This document shows, one piece after another, positions 50,524-60,652 of a stretch of 64,000 nucleotides of DNA. Numbering within the stretch: position 1 is the stretch's first letter; the number at the start of each line of letters is the position of its first letter. The notes beneath the pieces were generated by a model. That model was not told the origin of the DNA. It saw only the letters and a program-made list of their open reading frames with translations, and ran no database searches. Position numbers and translations under genes: made by a program. The DNA comes from an uncultured Flavobacteriales bacterium (GTDB taxonomy: Bacteria; Bacteroidota; Bacteroidia; Flavobacteriales_C; GCA-002722245): contig CAJJCC010000017.1 of NCBI GenBank assembly GCA_905182585.1, positions 1,873-65,872 on the forward strand, written 5' to 3'.

Positions 50524-51999
50524 CTAATATGCCTTTGCAAACAATACTCTTTGAGTTGATGGCTTACCCGTTAAGATACATTTACCTTCCTCTAAAACAT
50601 TATCTAATGGGATACATCTAATTGTAGCAGCTGTTTCTTCTTTTATCCTTAATTCTGTATCAGTTGTTCCGTCCCAATGAGCTGACACGAAACCACCTTT
50701 ATCATTAATTACACTTTTAAACTGCTCATAAGAGTCAACTGCAGTAATGCGATCATCGCGATAAGTTTTAGCTTTATTAAATAGGTTTGCTTGAATCTCC
50801 ACTAATAAATTAGCAACATGATCTACAACTCCATCAAAAGAAATTACTTCCTTTGTTTTTTCGTCACGTCTTGCTACTTCAATATTACCAGACTCAAGAT
50901 CCCTGTTTCCTAACGCTAATCGAATTGGAACGCCTTGAAACTCATACTGAGCAAATTTCCAACCTGGACGTTGATTATCTCTATTATCAAATTTAACCCT
51001 AACACCCCTATCTTTTAATTCCTGAATAACGGGTGCTAATTTTTCAGAAATAGCTATTAATTGCTCCTCTCCTTTATAAATAGGAATAATTGCAACTTGT
51101 ATTGGCGCTAATTTTGGAGGAACAATTAATCCCTCATCATCTGAATGGCTCATTATTAACGCACCCATTAATCGAGTAGACACCCCCCAAGAAGATGCCC
51201 AAACAAATTTTTGCTTTCCATCTGTATCTGTAAACTTAACATCAAATGTTTTTGAGAACTTCTGACCCAAAAAGTGTGATGTTCCTGCTTGCAGTGCTTT
51301 CCCATCTTGCATTAACGCTTCGATACAATAAGTATCAATAGCACCGGGGAACCTTTCATTGATTGTTTTAACACCTTTAATTACAGGAACTGCCATATAA
51401 TTCTCCGAAAAGTCAGCATATACATCCAACATTTGTTTTGTCTCATCAACAGCTTCTTGCTCTGTAGCGTGAGCAGTATGTCCTTCTTGCCATAAAAACT
51501 CAGAAGTTCTTAAGAAAATTCGCGTTCTCATTTCCCAACGCATTACGTTGGCCCACTGATTAATTAAAATCGGTAAGTCTCTGTGAGATTGAATCCACCC
51601 TCTGTAAGTATTCCAAATAATAGTTTCTGACGTTGGACGGATAATTAGTTCTTCCTCCAATTTGGCGTCTGGATCAACAATAAGCCCTTCTCCGTTTTCA
51701 TCATTTTTTAATCTATAATGAGTAACAACGGCACATTCTTTAGCAAAGCCTTCAACATGCTCAGCTTCTTTACTTAAGTATGATTTAGGAATCAGTAAAG
51801 GAAAGTAGGCATTACTATGGCCTGTTTCTTTAAACATCTTATCTAATTCGGCTTGCATACTTTCCCAGATTGAATAACCGTATGGTTTAATAACCATACA
51901 ACCTCTTACATCTGAATTTTGTGCTAAGTCGGCTTTAATCACCAACTCGTTATACCATTTAGAAAAATCCTGTTCTCTGCTTGTAAAATTCTTCGCCAT
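50524..51999 (-). CDS. proS: Proline--tRNA ligase (archaeal/eukaryote-like type lacking the INS domain)
   Basis: 491 aa, starting [26 protein letters not shown], with class II motifs and a C-terminal Zn-like domain ending FAKAY. Confidence 0.92.
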   Translation of the reverse strand: MAKNFTSREQDFSKWYNELVIKADLAQNSDVRGCMVIKPYGYSIWESMQAELDKMFKETGHSNAYFPLLIPKSYLSKEAEHVEGFAKECAVVTHYRLKNDENGEGLIVDPDAKLEEELIIRPTSETIIWNTYRGWIQSHRDLPILINQWANVMRWEMRTRIFLRTSEFLWQEGHTAHATEQEAVDETKQMLDVYADFSENYMAVPVIKGVKTINERFPGAIDTYCIEALMQDGKALQAGTSHFLGQKFSKTFDVKFTDTDGKQKFVWASSWGVSTRLMGALIMSHSDDEGLIVPPKLAPIQVAIIPIYKGEEQLIAISEKLAPVIQELKDRGVRVKFDNRDNQRPGWKFAQYEFQGVPIRLALGNRDLESGNIEVARRDEKTKEVISFDGVVDHVANLLVEIQANLFNKAKTYRDDRITAVDSYEQFKSVINDKGGFVSAHWDGTTDTELRIKEETAATIRCIPLDNVLEEGKCILTGKPSTQRVLFAKAY

Positions 52000-52097
52000 A
52001 TCTTTGGAATAATTTTTGCTATTTTAGAGCGTTTTGAATCCAATGTTTAATTTAGGATTACAAAGCGCAAAAATACAAATAAACAGTTGATTTAATA

Positions 52098-52310
52098 ATG
52101 AAGCAGTTCAAACAATTTTTAGCCCTTTTCATTTTTACTGCTGGAATTTCGTTTTCTTTCATGAATAGCGTAAATGAAACCCGCAATAATGATTCTTTTC
52201 AACAAGAGGAAAAAAAGAAAAAAGAAAAAAAGAAGTCAAAATCCGAAAAGGAAAAAAAGAAGTCAAAGAGTAGGACAAGAACCTACAAACCTCCTAAAAA
52301 AGATGAATAA
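52098..52310 (+). CDS. Small secreted Lys/Glu/Ser-rich protein (70 aa), function unknown
   Basis: It has a signal-like N-terminus (MKQFKQFLALFIFTAGISFSF) and a low-complexity tail (EEKKKKEKKKSKSEKEKKKSKSRTRTYKPPKKDE). A strong terminator follows the stop directly. Confidence 0.4.
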   Translation: MKQFKQFLALFIFTAGISFSFMNSVNETRNNDSFQQEEKKKKEKKKSKSEKEKKKSKSRTRTYKPPKKDE

Positions 52311-52340
52311 AAAAAGGGTTGCTAAACAGCAACCCTTTTT
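52311..52340. terminator. Bidirectional terminator between convergent genes
   Basis: aaaaagggttgct-aaac-agcaacccttttt, a perfect stem with A5/T5 flanks. Confidence 0.62.
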
Positions 52341-52362
52341 AATTTCGAATAAAAAATTCGAA

Positions 52363-52815
52363 TTATGGAATCTTTTTAACTTTAACAGCATTAAACCCTC
52401 TAGGACCTTTCTCTAGTTCAAAAGTAACTTTATCTCCTTCTGTAATTTCATCAACCGTTCCGTTAACGTGAACAAAGTATGATTCGTTAGAATTCTTATC
52501 CTTAATAAACCCGTATCCTTTCGAATCGTTAAAAAATGAAACTTTACCAGTTAATTCAGTTTCCTCTTCTACTTCGTTAGCAGCTTTAGAATAATCTAAA
52601 CTAATGTTTTCAGCTTTAATTTTAGTACGTTTTGTTGGATCCGGTGGAGTATCAACGATATGACCGTTCTCATCAACATAGGCAAGCATGTTTTCAAAAT
52701 CCCCTCCAGTTGCATTTGCTTTTCGTTGCTCCTTACGGTGCCCCTTCTCCTGCTTCTTTTTAAGTCTTTTTTTCTCTCTTTCTTTTTTACCAAATGTTTC
52801 TTGTGACCTACCCAT
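52363..52815 (-). CDS. Cold-shock-domain protein with a ~60-aa basic N-terminal extension
   Basis: The C-terminal CSD reads GKVSFFNDSKGYGFIKDKNSNESYFVHVNG, containing RNP1/RNP2-like motifs. The N-terminus is K/R-rich (KKEREKKRLKKKQEKGHRKEQRK). Confidence 0.8.
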   Translation of the reverse strand: MGRSQETFGKKEREKKRLKKKQEKGHRKEQRKANATGGDFENMLAYVDENGHIVDTPPDPTKRTKIKAENISLDYSKAANEVEEETELTGKVSFFNDSKGYGFIKDKNSNESYFVHVNGTVDEITEGDKVTFELEKGPRGFNAVKVKKIP

Positions 52816-52974
52816 AAATATTCTAAATAATAATTGTACTGTAATTAATTATAATTTCCAACCACAAGAATCAATCAAAGAAAATTCGAAATAAGACTCT
52901 TGGTACCTGGTGATTTTAACCTAATCGGCAACAAAGATACCACTAAATAACTGGAAAGTAAAGAGAAAGCGAAA

Positions 52975-53718
52975 TTACCCTCTCTGACGAACAGCTTCAT
53001 ACATAATAATTCCTGCTGCAACCGATACATTTAGACTTTGTGTTTTACCCATTAAAGGTAATCTTGCCGTTGAATCTGATTTTTTAATATTTGAAATTGC
53101 TATCCCAGCTTCCTCTCCACCCATCATAATCGCAATAGGCACAGTATAGTCAACTTCGGTATAATCAACATCCGTCTTTTCAGTACAAGCAACCAAATGA
53201 AGCCCTGAATCTTTAATGTATGGAATAATAGATTCTATACCTGGTACTTTACATATTGGAATATTAAAAATTGCTCCGGTAGACGTTTTAATTGTCTCAC
53301 CATTAATTTGAGCAGCTCCTTTCTTTGGAATAATTATCGCATCAACTCCAGCGCATTCAGCAGTTCTTACAATAGCTCCAAAATTCCTTACGTCAGAAAC
53401 ACGATCAAGAATTAATATAAATGGATTTCTACCTTGCTCAAAAAGCGTTGGTAAAATATCTTCAATGTTTTGAAATTCAACAGGCGCAATAAAACCAATT
53501 ATTCCCTGATGATTTTTTCGAGTAATACGATCCAGCTTTTGTTGAGGAACTTTATTTAAAGAAACTCCCTTCTCTCTAGCTAAAGCCATGATTTCTTTTG
53601 CCTGAGGTGTTCTCAGCGTATTTAAGATAAGGATCTTATCAAAAGTCTTATCCGACTCTAACCCTTCTATTATTGGATGAATTCCAAAAACTAAATCTGA
53701 TTTTTCTTCTAATTCCAC
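52975..53718 (-). CDS. rlmB: 23S rRNA (guanosine-2'-O)-methyltransferase RlmB (SpoU/TrmH family)
   Basis: 247 aa with an N-terminal SpoU_sub_bind-like region and the C-terminal SPOUT motifs ..VRNFGAIVRTAE.. and ..MGGEEAGI..SLNVSVAAGI. Confidence 0.82.
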   Translation of the reverse strand: MELEEKSDLVFGIHPIIEGLESDKTFDKILILNTLRTPQAKEIMALAREKGVSLNKVPQQKLDRITRKNHQGIIGFIAPVEFQNIEDILPTLFEQGRNPFILILDRVSDVRNFGAIVRTAECAGVDAIIIPKKGAAQINGETIKTSTGAIFNIPICKVPGIESIIPYIKDSGLHLVACTEKTDVDYTEVDYTVPIAIMMGGEEAGIAISNIKKSDSTARLPLMGKTQSLNVSVAAGIIMYEAVRQRG

Positions 53719-53723
53719 AGTTG

Positions 53724-54482
53724 TTATTTTTTTACCGATTGTAAAGTTAAGCTTTCCCCATCAAAGGAAGCAAAGTGAGGATTTCCTGTTGCCCATTCCC
53801 CTAAATTCACATACCGAGATGATGTTCCTTTTATCGGAAGATCCAATACTAAATGCCGATGACCAAAAATAAAGTAGTCAAAATATTCCTTCTCTAATAT
53901 CTCTTTGCTGTATATATATAACCATTCGTTTTCATCTCCTAAAAACTCTTCCCCATCTTTTATATTTGCAATTCGGGAGTTCTTACTCCACATATTTGCG
54001 ATACCCATTCCTAAATTAGGATGAATACGAGCAAACAACCATTGACAAGTTTTTGATGCAAAAAAGTTTTTTAAAAACTTATACTTTCGATCTCCAGGAC
54101 CTAATCCATCACCGTGACCGATATAAAAGCGTTTCCCGTTAAAATCTCTTGTAATATTATCTCGATGAATTTCTACTCCAATTTCTTGGGGTAGATAATT
54201 AAACATCCACATATCGTGATTTCCTGTAAAAAAATGAACTGGAATTCCCGAATCTGTCAACTCTGCTATTTTCCCTAAAAATCGAACATAACCTTTTGGT
54301 ACAGTGAATTTATACTCAAACCAAAAATCAAACAAGTCTCCTACTAAATAAACTTCCTGAGCGTCAACTTTAATAGAATCCAACCAATCCACTAAAATCT
54401 TCTCCCGCCTTCTACTACTTTCATAATTAGGAACTCCTAAATGAAAGTCTGAAGCAAAATATATTTTCTTACCTGATTCCAT
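53724..54482 (-). CDS. lpxH: UDP-2,3-diacylglucosamine diphosphatase
   Basis: 252 aa with calcineurin-like metallophosphoesterase motifs ASDFHLG, GDLFDFW, GNHD, GHGD and GHRH in LpxH-like spacing. Confidence 0.78.
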   Translation of the reverse strand: MESGKKIYFASDFHLGVPNYESSRRREKILVDWLDSIKVDAQEVYLVGDLFDFWFEYKFTVPKGYVRFLGKIAELTDSGIPVHFFTGNHDMWMFNYLPQEIGVEIHRDNITRDFNGKRFYIGHGDGLGPGDRKYKFLKNFFASKTCQWLFARIHPNLGMGIANMWSKNSRIANIKDGEEFLGDENEWLYIYSKEILEKEYFDYFIFGHRHLVLDLPIKGTSSRYVNLGEWATGNPHFASFDGESLTLQSVKK

Positions 54483-57391
54483 TATTGAATGATCGTATAT
54501 ATCTCGTTTATATTAAACATGAATTTAATCTTATTCATGTAAGAATCCACTCCGTTTACATCATAGTTACTTTGAATACTTTCCGAGAAACCTAATGGGA
54601 AATAAACCTCCAAATAATCTTTCTTCAAATTCAATTGTAAACCATAATCATATAGCAATGGCGCTGAAGTCCCTCCTGTTATGTAATCATCCCAAATACG
54701 ATCGTAAATAGCAAAATCAGTATAAAACGAGAGAAACTTAACTGGTAATGGAATTACGATATTTAATCCTCCTAACCAAGAACTTGCCAAGCCAGGAGTA
54801 ACTCCACTTTTAAAGCCTCCGTCATTTGAATAAACTTGCTGACTACCTAATAAGTTAGCATCAGTCATGAATCGCCCTAAAAAGGCTTGATCAAATAAAT
54901 AATCGTGTGTGTTATAAAGAAACTGCTCTAAATCAGAAGTCCCTAGCAATGAACCATTCCCTGCTGTTACACGAAAACGTTCCGTCCCTGCATCTACATT
55001 TTGTAAAAACAACCCTCCAAACCCACGAATGTCGATAGATTGTAGTCTATCATTAACCGTTAAGCTGTAGTTGAACTCTCCTTGCAATTTCCAGTTTTGA
55101 TCAAAAGCCTGTAGTTGGGAGTTAAAATCAAAGGGATTAATTTCTCTTTGATTTTCAAAATTATAATCAAACGTTATGTAATTTTTAAACTGACTACCTC
55201 TACGGTCAAATTCAACTGACACGTTACTTAATTTAGCCTCAAAATTGGAACGGATTTTCGAACGATCATTTGGCCTTTGAAGGATAAAGTTAGTGCTCGC
55301 TTCTATTTTCTCAATTTTACCGATTGCTCCACCAAAACCTAGTCCTTGTCTTCTTACAGATAGGTTCAAGTTAACCTTTTGAAAATATTCCGCTGGATAA
55401 AAAGAATACACAGCTTGCCCAAACCCTACCAGCTTTTGAGTTCCAAAAGAGAACTGCGGCATTACTAAAAACCTAAATTTCTTCTCCTTAATTAAAGAGT
55501 TGTAAGCAGCCATTCCTAATTGTAAGTCATCATGGTAATTAATACCCGCGATTGGCAAAAAGAAAATTTGCGTTTTGTCATCTTTTTCAAAATTAAAAAA
55601 AAACGTTGCCTCTAAAGGCTCTATACGCCCAAACAAACTAAATAAGATATAACGATTATTCTTTCTGTTTAACTCCGGCATATCATGATAGTAATCAATC
55701 GCTACCTCATCATAATCTCCCTTAGGAAAACTTAAACTTTTCGTACCAAAAAAGCCTTCGTACCAAGCCGTTTTAACAACCTTTCCATTTTTTAAAGCTG
55801 ATATTACAATTGGAGATGCTATATCGCTAGCGTTTGCAACCACAACATCAAAACTTTTATTATCAAAAGAATAACCAGCAAAATGTACTTTATAGTCTAA
55901 TGGGTAACTCGTTTGTAGTAAATCATCAAAAAACCAGTTCAACTTCTTACCTGTCTCATCAACAAATATCTTTCTTAAATCCTCCGGAGAAGGGTGCTTA
56001 AACTTCCAAACATCAAAGTATTTTTGCATACACTGATCGAAAAGTTTTTTACCCAAATATTTCTCTAAATAATTAAATGAAATAGCAGCCTTAGAATAAA
56101 CAATAGCCCCGTAATTAATTGAGGAATATTCATTCGATGGTAAATTAATTGGCAAGTCTAAATTCCTAGTGTTTACAAAGTCATGATTCATATGGTGAAA
56201 CTCCGTTTGCTTTGGCGTTAAATCCTTTACCACTTTTCGAATAATCGGGAAAAAATCACCGATCCTTAAATCCGATCGAACTTCTTCGTAAAACCTCCTT
56301 TCGTAATAACTATTTATCCCTTCATCCATCCAAGGATTCATACGCTCATTTGTTCCCAAAACGCCATAAAACCAGTTGTGTCCTACTTCATGTAAAACAA
56401 CTTCCTCTAATTCCTTTCTATTAACTTGACCGCCTAAGACTGTAATCGTTGGATATTCCATTCCTGCACCGGCAGTCAAGCCTCCGTCTACAGCAGTACA
56501 CACATCGTATGGATAATCTCCGATCCATAAACTATAATAATATAATGCACTGTCGATATATTTCTCAGACCCGTCCCAGATGTATGCATTTGAAGGATTG
56601 TACTTCGAATACGTCTTTACCTTTCGTCCCGAATGAGGCAAAGTAACTTCGCTCTCCGTTTCAATCCAATTCGTATCAGTAAACCAAGCAAAATCATGAA
56701 TCTCACTCAATGAATAAACCTCTGTTTTTATCCCATCGTTACTGAATTTACTAATCAAATTCCCAGTAGCAGCAATCACATGTTTTTCAGGCACAGAAAC
56801 CGCTACTTTAAAAGAACCAAACTCAGAGAAAAATTCTCCTTGTGTCAAATAAGGCATCGCATGCCATTCTCCATCATAAACAGCAGGCTTTGGATACCAT
56901 TGGGTAATTTGATACGAACCATCCAAATGTCCCAACCGAGAAACATCACCATAAGGAACTTTAACTCTAAATGGCGTTGTTATGACAATTGAATCTCCAG
57001 GTAATAAACCTGTATTTAATTTAAAATGTGTTAAGTCTTTATGCTCCGATTTTAAGGAGACTACTTTTTCACCACCTACCTTAAAATCCAGGCTATCTAT
57101 AAAACCTTTATAAGCCTGATCTCCAAAATACAGCAATGTATTGCGATCTTCAACCAACTGCTTATCTAAAGCCGTATTCGCTTGATAAGCATTAGGCCAA
57201 AGATGCATGTAAATCTCGCGTAAAGTATCAGGCGAATTATTGATGTAAACAATCTCTTCAAATGCATGAAGCATGTGCTTTTGATCATCTAAAGAAACTT
57301 TAATATCATATTTAACTTCTTGCTGATAATAAGCCTTTAAATTCAAGACTAAACAACTTAGCAAAAATACAACTGTCCAAACTTTATTCAT
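54482..57391 (-). CDS. M1-family zinc metallopeptidase with a ~470-aa C-terminal domain of unknown function
   Basis: 969 aa with a signal peptide and HEXXH-X18-E (VLHEVGHNWFYG...NPWMDEG). The C-terminal half is rich in alternating aromatic and polar residues. Confidence 0.8.
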   Translation of the reverse strand: MNKVWTVVFLLSCLVLNLKAYYQQEVKYDIKVSLDDQKHMLHAFEEIVYINNSPDTLREIYMHLWPNAYQANTALDKQLVEDRNTLLYFGDQAYKGFIDSLDFKVGGEKVVSLKSEHKDLTHFKLNTGLLPGDSIVITTPFRVKVPYGDVSRLGHLDGSYQITQWYPKPAVYDGEWHAMPYLTQGEFFSEFGSFKVAVSVPEKHVIAATGNLISKFSNDGIKTEVYSLSEIHDFAWFTDTNWIETESEVTLPHSGRKVKTYSKYNPSNAYIWDGSEKYIDSALYYYSLWIGDYPYDVCTAVDGGLTAGAGMEYPTITVLGGQVNRKELEEVVLHEVGHNWFYGVLGTNERMNPWMDEGINSYYERRFYEEVRSDLRIGDFFPIIRKVVKDLTPKQTEFHHMNHDFVNTRNLDLPINLPSNEYSSINYGAIVYSKAAISFNYLEKYLGKKLFDQCMQKYFDVWKFKHPSPEDLRKIFVDETGKKLNWFFDDLLQTSYPLDYKVHFAGYSFDNKSFDVVVANASDIASPIVISALKNGKVVKTAWYEGFFGTKSLSFPKGDYDEVAIDYYHDMPELNRKNNRYILFSLFGRIEPLEATFFFNFEKDDKTQIFFLPIAGINYHDDLQLGMAAYNSLIKEKKFRFLVMPQFSFGTQKLVGFGQAVYSFYPAEYFQKVNLNLSVRRQGLGFGGAIGKIEKIEASTNFILQRPNDRSKIRSNFEAKLSNVSVEFDRRGSQFKNYITFDYNFENQREINPFDFNSQLQAFDQNWKLQGEFNYSLTVNDRLQSIDIRGFGGLFLQNVDAGTERFRVTAGNGSLLGTSDLEQFLYNTHDYLFDQAFLGRFMTDANLLGSQQVYSNDGGFKSGVTPGLASSWLGGLNIVIPLPVKFLSFYTDFAIYDRIWDDYITGGTSAPLLYDYGLQLNLKKDYLEVYFPLGFSESIQSNYDVNGVDSYMNKIKFMFNINEIYTIIQ

Positions 57392-58532
57392 TCCCTAGAT
57401 AGCCTTTAATAACGCGAGAAATATTTTCGCCTCTTAAGTGATTTCCTGCTTCCACAATTTCCCCCGATGGATCAATTAATAACAAAGTTGGAAAATGTTG
57501 AATGTTGTATTTTCTTCTTGTTTCTTTCCCTTCCGTATCGTATAACTGAACCCAACTATCACCGTTAAATTTCTCAATAATTCGTTGCCAGCTTTTAACA
57601 GAAGATTTGGAGTTTTTATCAATACAAATGCTTATGATTTCGAATGGTTTATCTTTAAATTCTTCTTTGATGTTAACCAAATTTGGAATTTCTTTTATAC
57701 ATGGATTACACCATGTTGCCCAAAAATCCAGAAGTACGTATTTACCTTTAAAGTCTGAAAGATTTACTTGTTTGTTTTCCAAATTCAACAAACTAAAATC
57801 AGGAGCTATTCCCCCAACTGAAGAAGCAAAAACCTGAGCGATAATTTCATGATACTTTAATACATCCTCGTTGTTTGGGTGGTTTTTCAGCAATGCACTA
57901 TCCACCAATAAATAAGTTGTTTTATGACGATCTTTATTTAAAGAGTTCACTGCAATTAAATTAGAGTACTGTCCTAAATTACGCGTAATATAACCCTTAA
58001 CAAAAGTCTCTTCTTTACGCTTTACATTTCCATATAATTGCTGAAATTCATTCATCAAAGCATGGTGTAATTGCTTTGCTTCTGCAGCTTTAAAAACACG
58101 TTGTAATGAATCTGTATAATACTTAGCTGCTTTAAGGAAAGTCACTAACGAATCTAGTCTTTCGTTCTCCGCTGTACCACCTATTTTACAAGTTGCATAA
58201 AGCGCATTAACGTTTCCTGAAATTTCAATACTATCTCCAGGGTTTGCCATGAACTGAATTTCTCCTTCATAACCAGGGACGTACACACTATAAAACGCCG
58301 TTTTAGCAGCCAAATGTGCAAATGAAACAACTCCGTTTTCACCAATTTGCACCGTATCTAATTGTAATCTTTTAGGTCCTGATGGTAATACTTCTAATAC
58401 AGCTGTTCCACTGGAAATTTCATCCAATTTTACAGTTACTGTAATATTCCCTTCTTTAAAACCTTTCGATTCTTCACAACTTGCAAATCCAAATGTGGTT
58501 AAAACTAATAGTAATTTGGTTAGATTTTTCAT
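57384..58532 (-). CDS. TlpA-family thiol:disulfide oxidoreductase lipoprotein (N-terminal DUF4369-like domain plus thioredoxin fold)
   Basis: 382 aa with a lipoprotein-like signal (..FGFASCEE) and CxxC in FWATWCNPC. Confidence 0.8.
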   Translation of the reverse strand: MKNLTKLLLVLTTFGFASCEESKGFKEGNITVTVKLDEISSGTAVLEVLPSGPKRLQLDTVQIGENGVVSFAHLAAKTAFYSVYVPGYEGEIQFMANPGDSIEISGNVNALYATCKIGGTAENERLDSLVTFLKAAKYYTDSLQRVFKAAEAKQLHHALMNEFQQLYGNVKRKEETFVKGYITRNLGQYSNLIAVNSLNKDRHKTTYLLVDSALLKNHPNNEDVLKYHEIIAQVFASSVGGIAPDFSLLNLENKQVNLSDFKGKYVLLDFWATWCNPCIKEIPNLVNIKEEFKDKPFEIISICIDKNSKSSVKSWQRIIEKFNGDSWVQLYDTEGKETRRKYNIQHFPTLLLIDPSGEIVEAGNHLRGENISRVIKGYLGNE

Positions 58533-58534
58533 GC

Positions 58535-59347
58535 TTATATTCTATTAATTAATTCTTTAAATAATGCTGTTAATTTGGGTTCGGCGTTCATAGCTGTTGC
58601 TATAATATCTTGAATATCTACAGGCTGAATTTCACCATAACATACATCAGTAATAATCGAACAAGCAAAACAAGGCAACGCCATATGTTTCGCTGCTATA
58701 ATCTCAGGCACAGTGCTCATACCTACAGCATCAGCGCCAATTATTCTTAAAAACTTGTATTCCGCAGGGGTTTCTAACATTGGACCTGGAAGACCAACAT
58801 AAACTCCTTCTTGTATTTTAATATCTAAATCCTTCGCCGCTTCTTTTGCAAGTGCAACGTATTTTTTAGAATAGGGCTGATACATATCAGGGAAGCGACT
58901 TCCTAATTCATCGATATTTTTTCCAATTAAGGGGTTTCCCGGAAACTGATTAATATGATCGGTTAAAATCATTAAATCACCTTTCTCAAAATCAGGATTC
59001 ATCCCACCAGCAGCGTTAGACACCAAAAGTTTTTCAATCCCTAATAACTTCATCACACGCACAGGAAAAGCGACTTCATTTAAAGTATATCCCTCATAAT
59101 GATGAAATCTTCCTTGCATAACAACAACTCGCTTGTTGTTGATGTAACCAAAAATTAAGTTTCCTTTATGTGATTCTAAGGTAGAAAGAGGAAATGCAGG
59201 TATGTCAGCATAACTCAATTCGAATTTAACGTCTATATCAGATACTAAACCTCCTAACCCGGTTCCTAATATTATTCCTATTTCAGGTTTGAAATCAGCT
59301 GTCTTTTCAATTAAGAAATCAGCTGTCTCTTTAATTTGCTTGAACAT
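58535..59347 (-). CDS. Purine nucleoside phosphorylase (trimeric PNP-I type)
   Basis: 270 aa with the PNP_UDP_1 family blocks GRFHHYEGY and ..GADAVGMSTVPE... Confidence 0.85.
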   Translation of the reverse strand: MFKQIKETADFLIEKTADFKPEIGIILGTGLGGLVSDIDVKFELSYADIPAFPLSTLESHKGNLIFGYINNKRVVVMQGRFHHYEGYTLNEVAFPVRVMKLLGIEKLLVSNAAGGMNPDFEKGDLMILTDHINQFPGNPLIGKNIDELGSRFPDMYQPYSKKYVALAKEAAKDLDIKIQEGVYVGLPGPMLETPAEYKFLRIIGADAVGMSTVPEIIAAKHMALPCFACSIITDVCYGEIQPVDIQDIIATAMNAEPKLTALFKELINRI

Positions 59348-60401
59348 AATTATTAATCATTTCATCAAAAGTATCTTCATCTTCAAGACCTTTATGAAAT
59401 TTAACTTCTATGGGTAAATAAAAAACAGGAAATTGCTCCAAAAGCGGAAAAAGTCTTTCGTCCTTTAATCGCATTGCATCTTTCTCTGTTGTAATTAAAA
59501 TCTTGTCTTTCGAAATAATCGCTTTAAAAGCGTTCGTTAATCTCACAATATCAACAGGTTCAAAATTGTGATGGTCACTAAATTCAGTTACAATAACCTC
59601 TTTAGCCGTTTGCTTTAAATAATCTACCAAAGGCGTAATTTTCGCAATTCCTGCAAAAACAACCGTTTTATAATCTTCTAACTTAATCACCCCGTCTTTA
59701 CAAAGTGACTTTGCGCAATTATTAAAAGGTGTAATTTCTTTGTAATCAATATAACTAAAAAACGTTTTTTGCGACCTCAACGGTTTTATTAATTCCTTAA
59801 TCCTCCGATGTTCAATTGGTGAATGTAACTCTGGAGATTTAGTCACAACAATTGCGTCAGCCCTTTTAACGCCCGATTTCCATTCTCTTAATTCACCAGA
59901 TGGCAACATAAATTGCTTTGACCCAACAGTTGAATAATCAATTAATAAAATATTCAATTGAGGTTTCACCCAACGATGTTGGTAACAATCATCCAATAAA
60001 ATAATATCAGGATTAATTTCTTGTTCGATTTTCTCCATCCCATTGCGACGATCTTCATCAACCACAACGGTTACGTCTTTGAATTTGGAATGAAACTGCA
60101 TCGGCTCATCTCCTATTTCTTTATAAGTCGATTTTTCATCGGCAACTAGATAACCTTTCGTCTTCCGTAAATAGCCTCTACTTAACGTAGCTAGCTTTTT
60201 ATCAGTATTTAAAAGGTTAATCAGGTATTCGATATGAGGAGATTTCCCAGTTCCACCAACAGTGATATTTCCTACAGAAATTGATTTCGTTTGAAATTCA
60301 CGCGATTTTAACACGCCTGAATTAAAAAGAACATTCCTTACGGATGTTATCAATCCATATAAAAACGAAAAAGGCAATAAGAGTACACGTACTAAAAACA
60401 T
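59331..60401 (-). CDS. lpxK: Tetraacyldisaccharide 4'-kinase
   Basis: 356 aa with an N-terminal membrane helix and P-loop VGNITVGGTGKSP. Confidence 0.85.
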   Translation of the reverse strand: MFLVRVLLLPFSFLYGLITSVRNVLFNSGVLKSREFQTKSISVGNITVGGTGKSPHIEYLINLLNTDKKLATLSRGYLRKTKGYLVADEKSTYKEIGDEPMQFHSKFKDVTVVVDEDRRNGMEKIEQEINPDIILLDDCYQHRWVKPQLNILLIDYSTVGSKQFMLPSGELREWKSGVKRADAIVVTKSPELHSPIEHRRIKELIKPLRSQKTFFSYIDYKEITPFNNCAKSLCKDGVIKLEDYKTVVFAGIAKITPLVDYLKQTAKEVIVTEFSDHHNFEPVDIVRLTNAFKAIISKDKILITTEKDAMRLKDERLFPLLEQFPVFYLPIEVKFHKGLEDEDTFDEMINNYVQAN

Positions 60402-60652
60402 GGTACAAATTTAGATATAAAATAGGCTTGTCCGAGCTAGTAGCAACAAGAGTTGTTAACGAGAAAATAACAATTTAAAGACGTGCCTATTTTAAATTTA
60501 ATTGCTTTTGAACGAAAATCATAATGTTAAACACCAATACAAGATAAAATAACGGAGATCTGATTGTAAAAAAACAAGCCCGTCTATACCTTAAATGACA
60601 ATTTCAATAAGCATTCAGTTCGAAAACCGATCCTTAACTCTATCTTTCAGTT

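Noticed and set aside
52174-52416. An alternative 80-aa frame overlapping the Lys-rich small gene and the terminator.
   Set aside because: It lacks a signal peptide, runs through the terminator hairpin and into the convergent cold-shock gene, and is a frame-shadow of poly-A DNA.
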